From: Callorhinchus milii
Taxonomy: Eukaryota
Length of the DNA stretch: 64,000 nt
Direction: 5' to 3'
Assembly: GCF_018977255.1 (NCBI RefSeq)
Contig: NW_024704743.1
Coordinates: 87,360,001-87,424,000 of the forward strand
A program made the position numbers and the translations under genes. The stretch's first letter is position 1. Every line of letters starts with the position of its first letter. Positions 12,819 through 25,880 of the stretch are shown one piece after another. The notes beneath the pieces were generated by a model that made no database searches, was not told the origin of the DNA, and saw nothing but the letters and a program-made list of their open reading frames with translations.

Positions 12819-15800
12819 TAACACAGGGCTGTGATAGTCAGTCAACACTTCCAAATTCACGGTGCCTGCTCTCCACACGTGCACCAACCAGCTTCCACAC
12901 AATTGTAGTGGAAGGAATCCACACTCCATCTGTGTTGTAAGCCTCCATGGTCTTGCTCCCTCTTACCTCTCCAACCTCCTAACCCTATATCAGTCTGTCC
13001 GCCCCGTCCAATCGGCAGACACTGGCCTGCTTCAGGGCGCCCGCCCTTCCCACCCCACCATTGGCGGTCGGGCATTCAGCATCTCTGCCCCCACACTCTG
13101 GAACTCTATCCCACAATTTCTCTGCCTCACCCCCTCTCTTGCCTCCTTCAAGCCTTATCTAAAGATCTCCTCTGGCCACCCTCCCACCCCCACCCCTTTG
13201 CCCTCCACCCCTCCTGAACCCAACTCCCAGCTTGTGTCCGAAAAACCTTGACTGTCTAGCGCCCTGGGACGTCTTTCCGACAAGTGTAAGTTGTTGTTGT
13301 TGTAGGTGGACAAGTGGTGGACTTGTTAATTGCAAGTTGCATGTACCACTTTGTAAAATCAGGATGTGTGTTCAGCAAGCTACTTAAATTTAACCAAGCT
13401 CATCACTGATTAGTGTTATCATTTAGTTTATGCCTTGTGCTGTATTGTCAAACAATTTCCATACAACAGGTTCTACTACTAATAATAATACTTATATTTG
13501 AAATAATAATTCACGATTTCTAGACGTCTCAAAGCGCTTCACAGAATATACTGTAAAATGAAGTGAACTATGTCCAGCAAACACCCATGGAATGAATGGC
13601 CAATTTTATTTGAGAAGATTGTTGGCCAGACCATCAGGAGAAATTCCCTTCTCTGTATGAACAGTGCCATAGGATCCACCTAAATAGACCGACCGGGCCT
13701 CAGTTTAAAGTCTCGTCCAAAGAATGCACCTCCTGGATCTCCCAGGATTCCACATCTCACTTAATAAAACCAGAATCTCTGCATTTCCTTTTGCTGTATT
13801 TGCACTGCGGGAAGCTGTTAGTTGTTCCATAACAACCTGTTTGAATCATATTGAATGTACTTTTCTTGATTACATTTCCCCGACTTCTCCCTCTTCAAGA
13901 TTTGTTCTTTCAATATTTAATTGTGAGTATTCTCAATAACATGTAGCACGGTGACTGTCACTGTCTTCAATGAGAGCCAGTGTTGAACAGGATCTCAGTT
14001 TGAATACAGCCACACCTTTTTGATTTAATACATTTCTATTCTCGACACTCACATACCTTTCCGATCTACATTTCCAATACTGGTGAACTGGGTGTGTTAA
14101 ATTTTCAATTTAAATATGTAATATTATACATCATATAATACATAAAGTTACATGATTTCCAAAGTTTGCTCTGAGTGCAGATGCTTTCCGATGCCTGGAA
14201 GTATGTCCCGTTAACTCACAGAAACTCTGCTCTGAGAATGGATTGTATCAGTGCGGAGTTTCTGTGGGGTAATGGGAAACGCTTGTTTCCTTAATGAGAA
14301 ATTCTGTCAGCAATTGCAGCATATTCAACCTCATTGTATTGGGATGGGAAAAAAGGATATTTATAAGTGAGTTCAGTCCTGTATCCTCATCTGTGCATTC
14401 AGGTGATCATTGAATACCCCAGAATTTTGTTCAAGTTTAATGACATTTTCCCTAAGATCCTGGTCAGGTATCCCCTCGACATCTCGCCAATGTGCAACGC
14501 CTCAGCTCTGAAGAGCTAAGTGGTTGGAGCTACATGTAAGTGTGGACACATTGAGTCTTCCAGTTCAGGGGCATGCAGGTTCCGTAAGTTGTTCCTAAGG
14601 TGGTTTCAACATTCAAGCACTTTTTCAACCCCACTGCCCACTATTCCACAGCACTCTGGAGGAGAAAGAGACCTGATCAGCTTTTACCACAGATTTTGTT
14701 CTGCCTGTTTCATTGTGCTTTCAAATAGCTCTTGAACATTACTGCAGAGAAACAGGTCATTTGGTCCAACTAGTCTGCGAGCGTCTACCCTGTGCAAAGA
14801 GCACTATATAAATGCAAGTTGTTGTTGTACTCTTTGCCAGTGTTTATGCTCCACGTGAGCATAAACACTCCTCTTGATCTCCTCTCCTCTCCCATACCCC
14901 TCTATTCACTTCTCCGTCATGCATGCATTCATGCCTGATTAGGAGCACAACTGAGCCAGCATAGGGACAATGCCAATAATCATGAAATTATGACATTTTG
15001 AAATGATCTACATAATCAGATCTCTATTCGGGTGATACCATTTTTGTAAGGTTATTGAACTGCCCTGCTATTTTGAAGAAAATAGGTTTTCTCTCACAGA
15101 AAGTAGAATATACCAACAACAATAACAACTTGCTCTATATATAGTGCCCTCCACGCAGGGTAGCATCTCAGAGTGCTTAAGATATCCCCCAACCGCTCAG
15201 CACCACCTTCAGTAGCCATGCCTTCACCTAGTATGCCTCTAATCTCTGGAACTACTACCTCAATCCTTCCTCCTCACACTCTCTATCTGATTTTAAATCC
15301 CACCTGGAAATCTACCTCTTCAATTGCGCCAATCATCTGTCCCTTCCCCCTTCCTTGCTCAGTCACAAACCCTCCCACTATACAGCACTCCAAGATGTTA
15401 TCTTATATGAAGGCCGCTACATAAATGAAAATTGTTGTAGTTCTTACAGAAAAACAGCTTACAAAAAACAAGTGGGTCCTATTGCATAAACGGCATCACA
15501 TGGGATTGTGTTTTAAATATCTTCTCCATTTGTCCCAATTTCAGGAGGGAGAAGGATAGTGATGATGATGATGGTGTGTTTATTTCCTCTTTGTCAAGTT
15601 TAGTCATCTGATCACCAGAGCCCAGACATCGATCGGTGCAGTCAGGTTATACTAAGATTTCTGTCCTCCTTTGAAACACAGAGCACTTGTCTTGTTGTCC
15701 CCTCCTTCGTTTTATTTCTCTGTGTGTCAATGCTTTGACTTATAATGGAAGCTGAAGGGCTCAGATGGTACAAGCATGTTGTAGCCAACTGCTGGGATCT

Positions 15801-16964
15801 TATCTGTTGACCTGAGAGGACAGTGGATTTAAACTCTTGACACATGTCAAAGGGTCACTGATTCCTGGAAGTCATAGGCCAATTGAGCCTGTCCTGGTGT
15901 TAGCTCATCCACTGGAGCTAACTACTTCCATTTACAGCTCTATTATGTCCAACTTCCCCCAAATACTCCATTAAGTTCTAGTACTTAAAAGTAATAATAA
16001 TCCATGCATTTGGTATAACTCCTTATCACGTTGGAAAGACGTCTCAAAAGCGCTTCACGGGATTTACTGTGAAATGGAGTTACTGTATATTTGTAGGCAA
16101 ATGTGGCAGCACAAATGGGCACTACAAAAAACACAAAAGCAGTACATTGCAGAAGGTGTTGCAATTTAATTCACTGATAAAGAGGCTGATACAAAATATC
16201 TATTCCCAGAAAGCCAACAAAGCACTTCTAAAGACTAAACCAGGGCTGAAGGCAGATCTTAATAAGAAACGCCAATAGAATTCCTGTGGACTAATGGGAA
16301 CTGTTCACTGGGGCGAGATTGAGTTTGAGTGGATTCCCATGGGGTGTCAATAACTTGCCTCTGATTACTCGAAGGGATCCTTATTTATGCAACTTGGATT
16401 CCTTATGAAGGAACCCTGTTAAAATATACCGAAAAGTAGAGACAAATAAGGAGTTAAAGCAACCTAGGTACATTCAGGTTCCAATTTCAATTTCTGAACC
16501 TGAGAAATCCAATTAATACAGAAATGTGATTGAATTAGGAATTTCCATGTGTAGGTGGGTTCCATGGCATTTTCAGTTTGGTTTGGATACTGTTAAGCAT
16601 GGTGATGGGTTTCCTCATGTGTTAGAAATCCAGTTGACCTGCGCTCCCCCCCCCCCCCAAGTGACACAATATAATGTTGTAGCACTTGTAATGATAATCA
16701 AATTTGCTTTTGATATCGCACCTTTCACATAATTTTAGGATCTTAGTCTGGGAGATACAGAGCTGGTGAGAATACAGGTGATGGGTCAGGGAGCTTGGGG
16801 CAGCAGAGAAGTTAGACCAAGGAGGTCTGGTTGAATTGTAACTTGCGGAGGGTAGTCCACGGGACACTGGCGATCTATGCATTGGAGAAGTCTAGGAGGC
16901 TACAATGGCATGGATGAGGATTATGGCTGTGTTTAGGGTATGATAGTAATTGTGGTGGATGAAA

Positions 16965-17370
16965 ATAATAAAGCTTGCATTTGGTATCACAGAGTTGAGG
17001 TGGCTCAAAGAGCTTCACAAGATATACTGTAAAGTGGATTGACTGTGTATTTTGTGGGTGAAACGTGGCAGCCACTTGCACACAGCAATGTTCCACAAAT
17101 TGCCATGGAGTAAGTGACCAATTTTATTTAGGCGATTGTTGACTAGGACTCCCTAGTCTTTTCAAATAGTGCCATGGAACCTTTAACGTCCACCTGAATA
17201 AGCAGGCAGATCCTCGGTTTAATATCTTATTCGAAGGACAGCACTTCGGACAACATAACACACCCAGCGCTGCATTGAAATGTCAGCTATGTGATTCCAA
17301 GTCTCAACGTGGGGCTTGAACCCACAACCTTCTGACTCAGAGGTCAAGAGTGCTACCAATGAGCCAGGCG
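16965..17370 (-). mobile_element. Full-length old Deu-domain SINE (family B)
   Basis: Reverse-complement similarity to 51399-51825. Further decayed copies at about 11830-12170, 13480-13740, 19205-19520, 29900-30410, 32210-32485, 54130-54480, 55310-55555, 56905-57178 and 59200-59440. Confidence 0.8.
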
Positions 17371-18219
17371 AACACACAATGTTGCAGAGATAGAGGAAAG
17401 TGGACTTGGTAAGAATCTGGATGAAAGTTTGAAGGAGAGTAGAACATTGTGGTGGTTGGGGGAGGGGAAAGGAAACCCATTAGCATATAATCAAAAAGAA
17501 TGCATGTAGGCATTTGACCCACCACATCAATTCCTCTGCTATCTCCAGAGGAAGCATTTGGACAACTGGAAAAAAAAATGGAAATGTAACATGATGCAGC
17601 ATCAATGATGGTGAATCTAAAGATATGCCCAGGAAGTAGATGTTCTAAATAATGTCTTACCTCTCCATCCTTATCTTTGTGTGATCAATGATTGTGTGAC
17701 AAAGTGAATGGTGCATTTATTTGTTACCTATTTTTCACTGGTGGTTGTGTACCATCTGCATATTGTCAGCATAATATCCATTCTGCTTTGGATTTGCAAT
17801 GTGGTTTGTGTTGGGAGCACGAATGGCAATTTGGTGTTTGGCAACATTAACAATTTTTCTATTTTGTACGGTAATGAATCTTGTTGCTAACTTTGCTAAC
17901 CATCCAATTGTGTGCAGTTTAATTTTTAACTTTTAAGAGAAAAGTGAAGGTTAATCATGATTCTCATTTTATAAGATTTTGCTGAGTAAAGTTCAAGGTT
18001 GTGAAAATCATTTAAAAAACTGGAAGAATCTTGAAAATGTCGGTGTTCTCTACTTTTTTCCTCAAATTATTTTTAATGTAAAATCATGGCCGAAGTTAAT
18101 CTTATCATTTGATTTTAATTGACTAAAGATAATTATAAAACCGTGCCACAGTATACATTATTAATCTAATCACTATTTCAGCCTGCTGTTTTATAAAGAA
18201 TGTGTTGCAATTTGTTTTT

Positions 18220-18531
18220 GTGGAGTCCTGTAGCTCAGTGGTTAGAGCACTCGCTTTGCGAGCGAGAGACCTGGGTTTGATTCCCGGCAGGGCGAAACCT
18301 TGGGCACGTTTCCATACTCCACATACCTGATAATAATCCCTCGAAAAAACAATAATAAATTGGTCACTTCAATCCACGAGTGTTTGTGAGACACTGCTGT
18401 GCGCAATTGGCTGCCACATTTCGCCCACAAATACAGTCAATTCACTTTACAATCTAATCTGTGAAACGCTTTGAGACATCTAGAAGACGTGAAAAGCACT
18501 ATATCAAATGCAAGGATTACTATTATATTAT
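18220..18531 (+). mobile_element. SINE family A, intermediate subfamily
   Basis: Same architecture; tail variant gagacatctagaagacgtg. Confidence 0.92.
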
Positions 18532-21500
18532 TACACGTATATAGTCAGGTGCACATAAATTAAATGAATCCTTGCTTTTAATATAGGGTTTGCAAGTCGG
18601 CAAGTCCTTCACGATATATTGTAAAGTGTGATCACTGTGTATTTTGTAGACATATTGGAGAGTCAGTTTGTCCCACAAAGACGCCTGACAATTCATTCCT
18701 TCAATAACCTCCTTAACGCAATACTGCACAAACTGGAACTAAAAAAGATTGCTGTGGGTATCTGGAACATTCCAATGGATAACAGCTAAAGGTAGCAGAG
18801 ACCTTCACTGCCAGCCGTAGTGTGATCACAGCATTCATACAATCACAGAATTATACAGCACAGAAGAACGCCTTCGGCCCATCGTGTTTATGCCAGTTCT
18901 TTGAAAAGAGCTATCCAAATCAATCTCACTCCCCTGCGCTCTCTCCATAGCCCTGCAAAACATTATTAGTGTTAGTAAACACTGACTGTCTCCGCAGATC
19001 TTCATTGACCAGATGGTACATCTCAGTACACCTCCTGGGGAAGTCAGAACTTCTTCATGCACTGCCTTTCTGTGAGAGTAACCGCTTATATGATGGCAAC
19101 TCTGCTGATCTCTAAATCTGCCGCGCCCCCTCGCTCTCTCTTTCTACAGCTCAATGATTATTACTGCCCCTTCTGCTTTGATATGCTCACCATCAAAAAT
19201 CTAGTGTCAGCCTGGTTCAATTCTCTTGCATCTAAAGTCAGAAGGTGGTGGATTCAAGCCCCACATCAGGACTTTGAACTTCAAGTATCGGCTAAGTGCT
19301 GCATGGTTGGAGATGGCATCATTCAGAAGGGATGTGAAACAGTGGTCCCTTCTGCCTGTTCAGGTGTATGTTAAAGATCCCATACAACTACTTTACAGGT
19401 CTCCAGACTAACAATCCTCCAAATAAAAAAAAGTGTGTTGCTTAATGACTTCTGTGAAGTGCTTTGACATAGCTCAATGATGTGATAAGATACTATATCA
19501 AATGCAAGGATTATTATTAAGTTCATATTCGGAGCTTGCTACTATTTTAGCTCTTGAAATTTGCACAAATCACTACAATAAATTAATAATGACCTTCAGC
19601 AAAGCCTTAACAAGTGGTGGGAATTTCAGGTGCAGGCTTGTGGCTAGAGCAGTTTTTTGACATTGCACCCATTGCTCTCGCTTAGGTTCTCCCTAAAACC
19701 AGTGAACCTTTTAATATTTCTAAATGGAATTTTGCATCTGTTCATTTTCAGTTGAGTTAGGAATAAGAAAGTCTGCACTGTGCATTTTTGAGGATTTCTA
19801 TTCACACATTCTTATTAAAATTCCACTGCATCACGAATTGAGCAATCTGTCACTGATGAACAGTGAGATATAGCCGTGCTCTCAGTGGTGTGAATGAGCC
19901 ACAGCTCCGGTAGCACTCCAGCATGAATGAGTGCTGATGTGCTCTGGCACCGGTGGAAGCTCACCTGCTGCTACGCACAGATGGTCTCTTCTGCAGGGAA
20001 GAATCTTTGAGTAAAACGAGACGACCAACCTCAAGTGGACTTCCCAATTCTTCTCTCCACAAGCTATAGTCCATTCAGAACTTCATGAGTCTATCACCCC
20101 CATCCTTACCCAGCTTCACAGACCCCCATAGGATTGAGTTCAAGATGCTCGTCTTCCCTTTTAAAACCCTCCATGGTCTTGCCCCACCCTAACTCAGTGA
20201 TCCTTTAAAAGCTTACCAATCTGCCTACTTGCTCCACTCGGCAATGTCTGTTTAACGTCCCCCACTCTGCATACCCCATCATTGGAGGTCGGGCTTTCAG
20301 CCTTTCTGCTCCTACTCTCTGGCACTCCATCCTGGAGTCCCTTCTCTTCACCCTTACCCTCACCTCCTTCAAGGTCTGTCTCAAGACTTTTCTCTTTCAC
20401 TGCTCCTTCAGTCATCTTCCGCCCGGTCCCCATTCCCCCCTGGTGCCCAACCTCCCCCTCCCCGGACCCCAAATTTCCCCCTGAATCCAACTGCCAGCTC
20501 AGCTGTAAACGCTTGGCTATCCAGCACCTTGGTACGTCCTCCAGATGCGAAACGCGCTATTTAAATTCAATTTTTTTTATTATTGTATCCTGGGAGGCTG
20601 TGCATTCCACTACTGGGCAGGTGTGTGGAATGTGGGTGCAATGCTCTCCCAGCCTTTGATTACTTTGTTGGGGAATGTTGCTGATTAATTACACAGTGAA
20701 GAATGGAAGATATCACACGAGTGCTGGTGTGATGCCCTACTTAAACAAGTGGAATTCACTGCTAAACATATGATTCACCAAGTGCGTGCTGTCTGGTTGA
20801 CTGAACATATTTATATTGTGCTATCACACTTGCGCATAGAGATTTACTGTAGTTTGAATTCAATTTGAATAATGATATTGTTTGTACTTTATTAGCTTAC
20901 AAGGGACCTTCAGATGAAGAAAATCCTTTTGCCTCATCCTTCCAATATCCTCCCAGTACAGAAAATGAGTTCAGTGTCCTGATATCTTTTCTCTTCCTGG
21001 TAACCACTGAACGTCAACTGAGGCTATACTGCTCAGTTCCCATTAATGCCTTCCCATCTCAGTCATTATCCTATTGACATTCCCAGTTGCTCCCTCCCAA
21101 CTCAAGGAGCCCAAGTGGAACCTCAGGGTTTTGTTTGACTCTCAACTCTCCAGTCTTTTCATCTGAGCTCTGAGCAAGTCTGCTCTCTTCCGTCTCTGCA
21201 ACATCGCCAGCCTCTGCCACTACTTCACCCCAGCACAGTCAACTGCACATCCATGCCTTACTCACCTCGAGACTCGANTTTTTTTGTCCATCCTGGGGTA
21301 ACCTAGCTGTTCAGTTCCTGCCAGTGTTGTGAAACAAGGAGATTTAATGAATGCAGGATGTTCAAGAGGGAGTTCAGGCATCAAATAACAGAAGTTGTTG
21401 TAATAATTTGGATTATGCCATGAAGTGTCATTGAATTGAGTGAGATACCAGTAAGATTCAAGCTCTGAATGCTGCATGTTCCCAGTGACATAGAAAATTA

Positions 21501-21634
21501 CCTTTTTGCTATTCTGTAAACACATTAATTCTAGTTTAATGTACTTTGCTGAGTTTGCTGTTCCTCTGCTGTTAATTGATTTTTGACACCATATGTTAGT
21601 CTGACGCTTCGCCATGGATGAAATTTGTCCTATA

Positions 21635-21952
21635 TAATAATAAATAATAATCCTTGCATTTGATATAGAGGTTTTCACATCTTCTAGATGTCCCAAAGCA
21701 CTTCACAGAATATACTGGAAAGTGAATTGACTGTATATTTGTGAGCAAACCGCAGCAGCCAATTGCTCACAGCTGTGTCCCCACAAACAGTTGTGGATTG
21801 AAGTGACCAATTTATTATTGTTTTTTTCTTCTTGAGGGATTATTATCAGACGTGTGAAGTAAGGAAATTTACCCAAGGTTTTGCCCTGCCGGGAATTGAA
21901 CCCAGGTTTCTTGCTTGTGAGGCAAGTGCTCTAACCACTGAGCTACAGGACT
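21635..21952 (-). mobile_element. SINE family A, intermediate subfamily
   Basis: Reverse-complement match to 18220-18531. Confidence 0.9.
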
Positions 21953-22197
21953 ATATAAAAAGCAAAATTAAGCTGCATAGACTACGAGCTGACACAGTCA
22001 TTGCCATTTCTTCCATTCAGACTGGAAAGTAGAGAGGATTGGATTCAAAGGGTCCAAAGTCAATCACTCCATTCCCCAAACTAATTAGGAATGTTAAATG
22101 ACAAGCTGATGTATAAGTAATTCAAGAAGCTATTAAACATACTATTTACCCATTTGGGTTCTATTTTGTTAAGGTTTGTCTCCTTAACCCTTCCACC

Positions 22198-22934
22198 TGT
22201 TAGAAAATAAAATCAACCAAATCTGCAAGGAAATAACGCTAATTCCTCTAACCAGATATCAGACTGTTTTATTATAATTCGTTCGTTATTCCCCAATATC
22301 CCGATGGGTCAGACCAAAGGCCGGTACAATCAACAGATCTTATAACAGAATAACACCACTATAGATATCTCGAGTTCAAGTGTTCAACACTGTGTCTTTC
22401 CAGCACACAAGCTTGATTCTTCATGCTTTCAGTCTTCTTGCTTACAGCTTTCAATCTTCCATCTGATATCCTCAGTCTTAGTGTTTCCAGCTCTAAGTCT
22501 TTCATCTCCCGTATCCTTGTCTCCACGACCCGGGACGGCTCCATCTCCCGTATCCTTGTCTCCGCGACCCGGGACGGCTCCATCTCCCGTATCCTTGTCT
22601 CCGCGACCCGGGACGGCTCCATCTCCCGTATCCTTGTCTCCGCGACCCGGGACGGCTCCGTACACAAAGTTATCAGAACTCTTATACCAATGTTCATCCA
22701 ATCATGGTGCGGATATTAGATCACCCGGTCGAAATCATGCCGGGTTCACGTGAACACCTCATGGGGTGTATGTGCCTCACACACACAAACACACTGTCCT
22801 TGAGACAGTCCGTTATCTCGTGTACGTGCAGGGAGTTTCAGTCCAGCTGCCCACAACACACTTAACTTAAAAGTTAACCCGTTCGCAACATCTATTATGA
22901 TTCTAACATTATACAAAAAGTGTAAATTCTAACA
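22198..22934 (-). mobile_element. Solo LTR (737 bp)
   Basis: Termini TGTTAGAA...TTCTAACA form a perfect 8-bp inverted repeat. 4-bp direct repeat CACC at 22194-22197 and 22935-22938. Minus-strand TATAAG (22681-22686) and AATAAA (22268-22273) give the orientation. Confidence 0.88.
22502..22657. repeat. 39-bp tandem repeat x4 (ccatctcccgtatccttgtctccgcgacccgggacggct) inside the solo LTR
   Basis: Read directly. Copies 2-4 are identical and copy 1 has two differences. Explains the repetitive ORFs at 22359-22753. Confidence 0.97.
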
Positions 22935-25772
22935 CACCCAAACTTAAAAGTTAAAAATGTAAACTGTGCAATGTTTGGATAGTATCGGAGCAGGAGGATC
23001 AGAGATGTTCACAACCACAAGAGTTGGGTAGTTTCTAGCTAACAGGCAGCTGGGAAGTAGGTCTGCAAACAGATAACCACTATGGACAAAAAAAACATTA
23101 ACTGTTTCCAAAAAGGGTGGATCATGAGCCTTTTAGTTTATACATAATACACCCTCCACAGGACAGTTTGCTCTTTATGTTTTGATTTTTCACTATTGCT
23201 GTTGAAGTTTGTTATTTGAGTCCAGGTATTCCTCTAAGTTTGAAGTTCTCAGTCTGCTGCTTTAGTTGAGTTTGCGTTCCATTCACTTGTCTCACTTTTA
23301 GCCACTTCTTTAGCTACAATGTTTCACTGTTTTTCACACCTCAGTGCTACACCTCGCTATGGACAGTACCAGTAGAACTATCCACCTTCTGCTACTTCAC
23401 CGTGCATGACAGTAGTTAACAAGCCAATACATTAAATTGCCACGGTGTGTGGAATTTGGAATAATTAGCCTCCGACTGTTCCTCATCAGCAACTGCTCGC
23501 ACTCTTGTGGAGTGACCTAGTTTGGGCAGAAGCTTCCCATAAGTTTACAAATACTTTTAGAGTGAAGACCAAGAATGATTTATTGTAACCCCGTTGAACC
23601 ACAGTGCAAAATGAAATTCTTTCACAATATTTCAAACTGTTCAGAATCCTTGATCTCATTTTTAGGTTATAACAACAGCAACAAGAAAATTACATTTGTA
23701 TAGCGCTCTTCACGTCGGGAGGACGTCCCAAGGCTCTAGACAGACAGAGTTACGGACCCGAGCTGAGGGTTGGGGTGGGGGAGGGGGGGGGTAGTGGGGG
23801 AAGCGGGGAGATCAAAAGTACGTTCGAAGAGGAGGGTCTTGAGGTGGGTCTTGAAGGTGGCGAGGGAGGGGGTGAGACGGAGTTATATTATACAGTGAAT
23901 TCTGCTTTAGGTTGATATTGGTTAACCCCAGACGCGGTAAATTGAACAAAATGCCTGATTCATTTGTATTCTTATCTTCTAAATATGCCGACTGATTCGA
24001 TCAAAATGCTGCACTGGCATTTTGACCACTGAATACCACTGAATATAATAATAATAATAATCCTTGCATTTGATATAGCGCCTTATCACATCTTTGAGAT
24101 GTCTCAAAGTGCTTCACAGATTATACTGTAAAGTGATTGGACTGTATATTTTGTGGACAAAATGTACTCACTCAGACCTTCTGTGTGTCCAGCGGCTCCA
24201 TTCATCCACGAGGGGCTCCAGGATGGAGATGGGGGGAGTCTAAGATTGATTGACAGTGGACTCCAGCCATTCACAAGTGGCTGGAGTTGAACTGTCAATC
24301 AGTGAGGGGACGGAGGAACGGGGAAGAACAGGGAGTGAATGGGAGGAGTCAAATCATGATTGACAGCTGAGCCACATTTGAATGGGTGAAGTGCCTGTCC
24401 ATTCACAAGCGGCTGCAGGCTGTCCATCACCTCGGTGCCTCTGCCTGTTGGTTCCCTTCCCATCCAACGGGAATGGCAATTGGAGGGAGAAGTTGCCATC
24501 TCCATTCCTCTGCTGGGTGGGAAGAAGCACAAACGGCCATCCCCATTGTGTCCGGCTGAACAGGCTTCCACTATTATTAAAGCTTGTATAAGTGTCCAAG
24601 TCTAGGTTACCTTTGATTTAAGGAGAATTAAGCAACTAGGACCTGTATCAGGCTTTAGTATTGATTGGAGAGGTACTCAGCATATTGAGAGGGTACAGTG
24701 AAATTAGACACCTAAGTTTTGAGAAGCAGCTACAGCTACATTTGCTGTGTGGTGCATGACACTCTAAACCAATAACACATCAGCAGGACACCACATAAAT
24801 CAAAAGGACATGCTCAATTATACATTTCAGTAGTAGACACATTCAAAGTTGCTGTAGTCCCTGCTCAAAACTAGGTAGCTAATTCTGCCCATCAATCTTT
24901 GCTGTATCCTCTCTCGATGCATGTAATACCCTCTCAGATCAATACTGTAAGGCTGATACATTGCCCAAACTGTTAACCATTCCCATTAAATCCAGAATAA
25001 TCCAGTCTTAGGTGCCTTTTCATTGTACTGGAAAAGTTCTCTCTCCTCGCTACGCCCACTATGACCAGTCCACTGTGACTTTTATATTATATATACTGTA
25101 CTTGCTGAATATTTGACATTGTTCATTCGATTGTTTTGACAGAAACGTCAGTGCTCACCAAAACGTGTTTGTTTAAATAACTTGATAACTTGATAGCTTT
25201 CTAAACCTCAGGGTGATGAGCAGAGAATAAAGGGATGGAAAATCTCTTACTACTTGACTATTTTGTAGAATCTGAGATAGATTTCCTCATAGGAAGTTTT
25301 GTGCCTTCAAGTCTTGAAAATGTCAGATTAACATTTTTAAAAAAAAAGCCTACCAGCATGTTCTAGTTGCATCACAGAATGAGCCCGAACCTCTGGAACT
25401 CTCTCCCTCAATCCCTCCGACTTTCCCCCTCCATCCCCACCTTCACATCCCGCCTAAATACCTTCCTTTTTGATCGTGTTTATGGTCACCTCCCCACTCC
25501 CTCTTCCCCTGGCTCGTTGTCAGACTCCGCCATTGTGAAGCGCTTCAGGATGCTACCCCAAGTGTGTTATATAAATGCAAGTTGTTGTTGTTGAGCCACA
25601 TTAATGAGTTATAGAAAGGATTTGACAACATTCAGTCAGGATAAATCTGGCTGAAAATTTCTGCCGCTACCAAGCTGTGCAGATCGCCTGGAGCAGTCAG
25701 GAGTGCGGTCTTTTGTGTCTGCATGTTGGGATAGATCAAATAATGACCTTCTGACTTGATTTGTTTTAACAG

Positions 25773-25880
25773 GTCGAATCGAGGGATTCTCTGAACAGTA
25801 TCTCACTGAAGTTTGACACTACACCCAACGAGCTGGTGCAGCTGAACAAGCTGTTCTCCAGAGCTGTTGTTACAGGCCAG
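25773..25880 (+). CDS. OXR1: OXR1 coding exon, LysM core VESRDSLNSISLKFDTTPNELVQLNKLFSRAVVTGQ
   Basis: ttttaacAG acceptor and GTACAC donor; 108 nt, phase 0-0. Near-identical to recalled OXR1 LysM. Not in the ORF track; translated by hand. Confidence 0.96.

Noticed and set aside
21278..21278. Ambiguous base n (another at 49763)
   Set aside because: Assembly ambiguity next to T-runs, not biological.
22359..22753. Repetitive ORFs (MEPSRVAETRIRE)n and others; superficially CRISPR-like periodicity
   Set aside because: A pure 39-bp tandem repeat with no unique spacers, inside an LTR in eukaryotic DNA. The ORFs arise because the unit length is a multiple of 3 and lacks stops.
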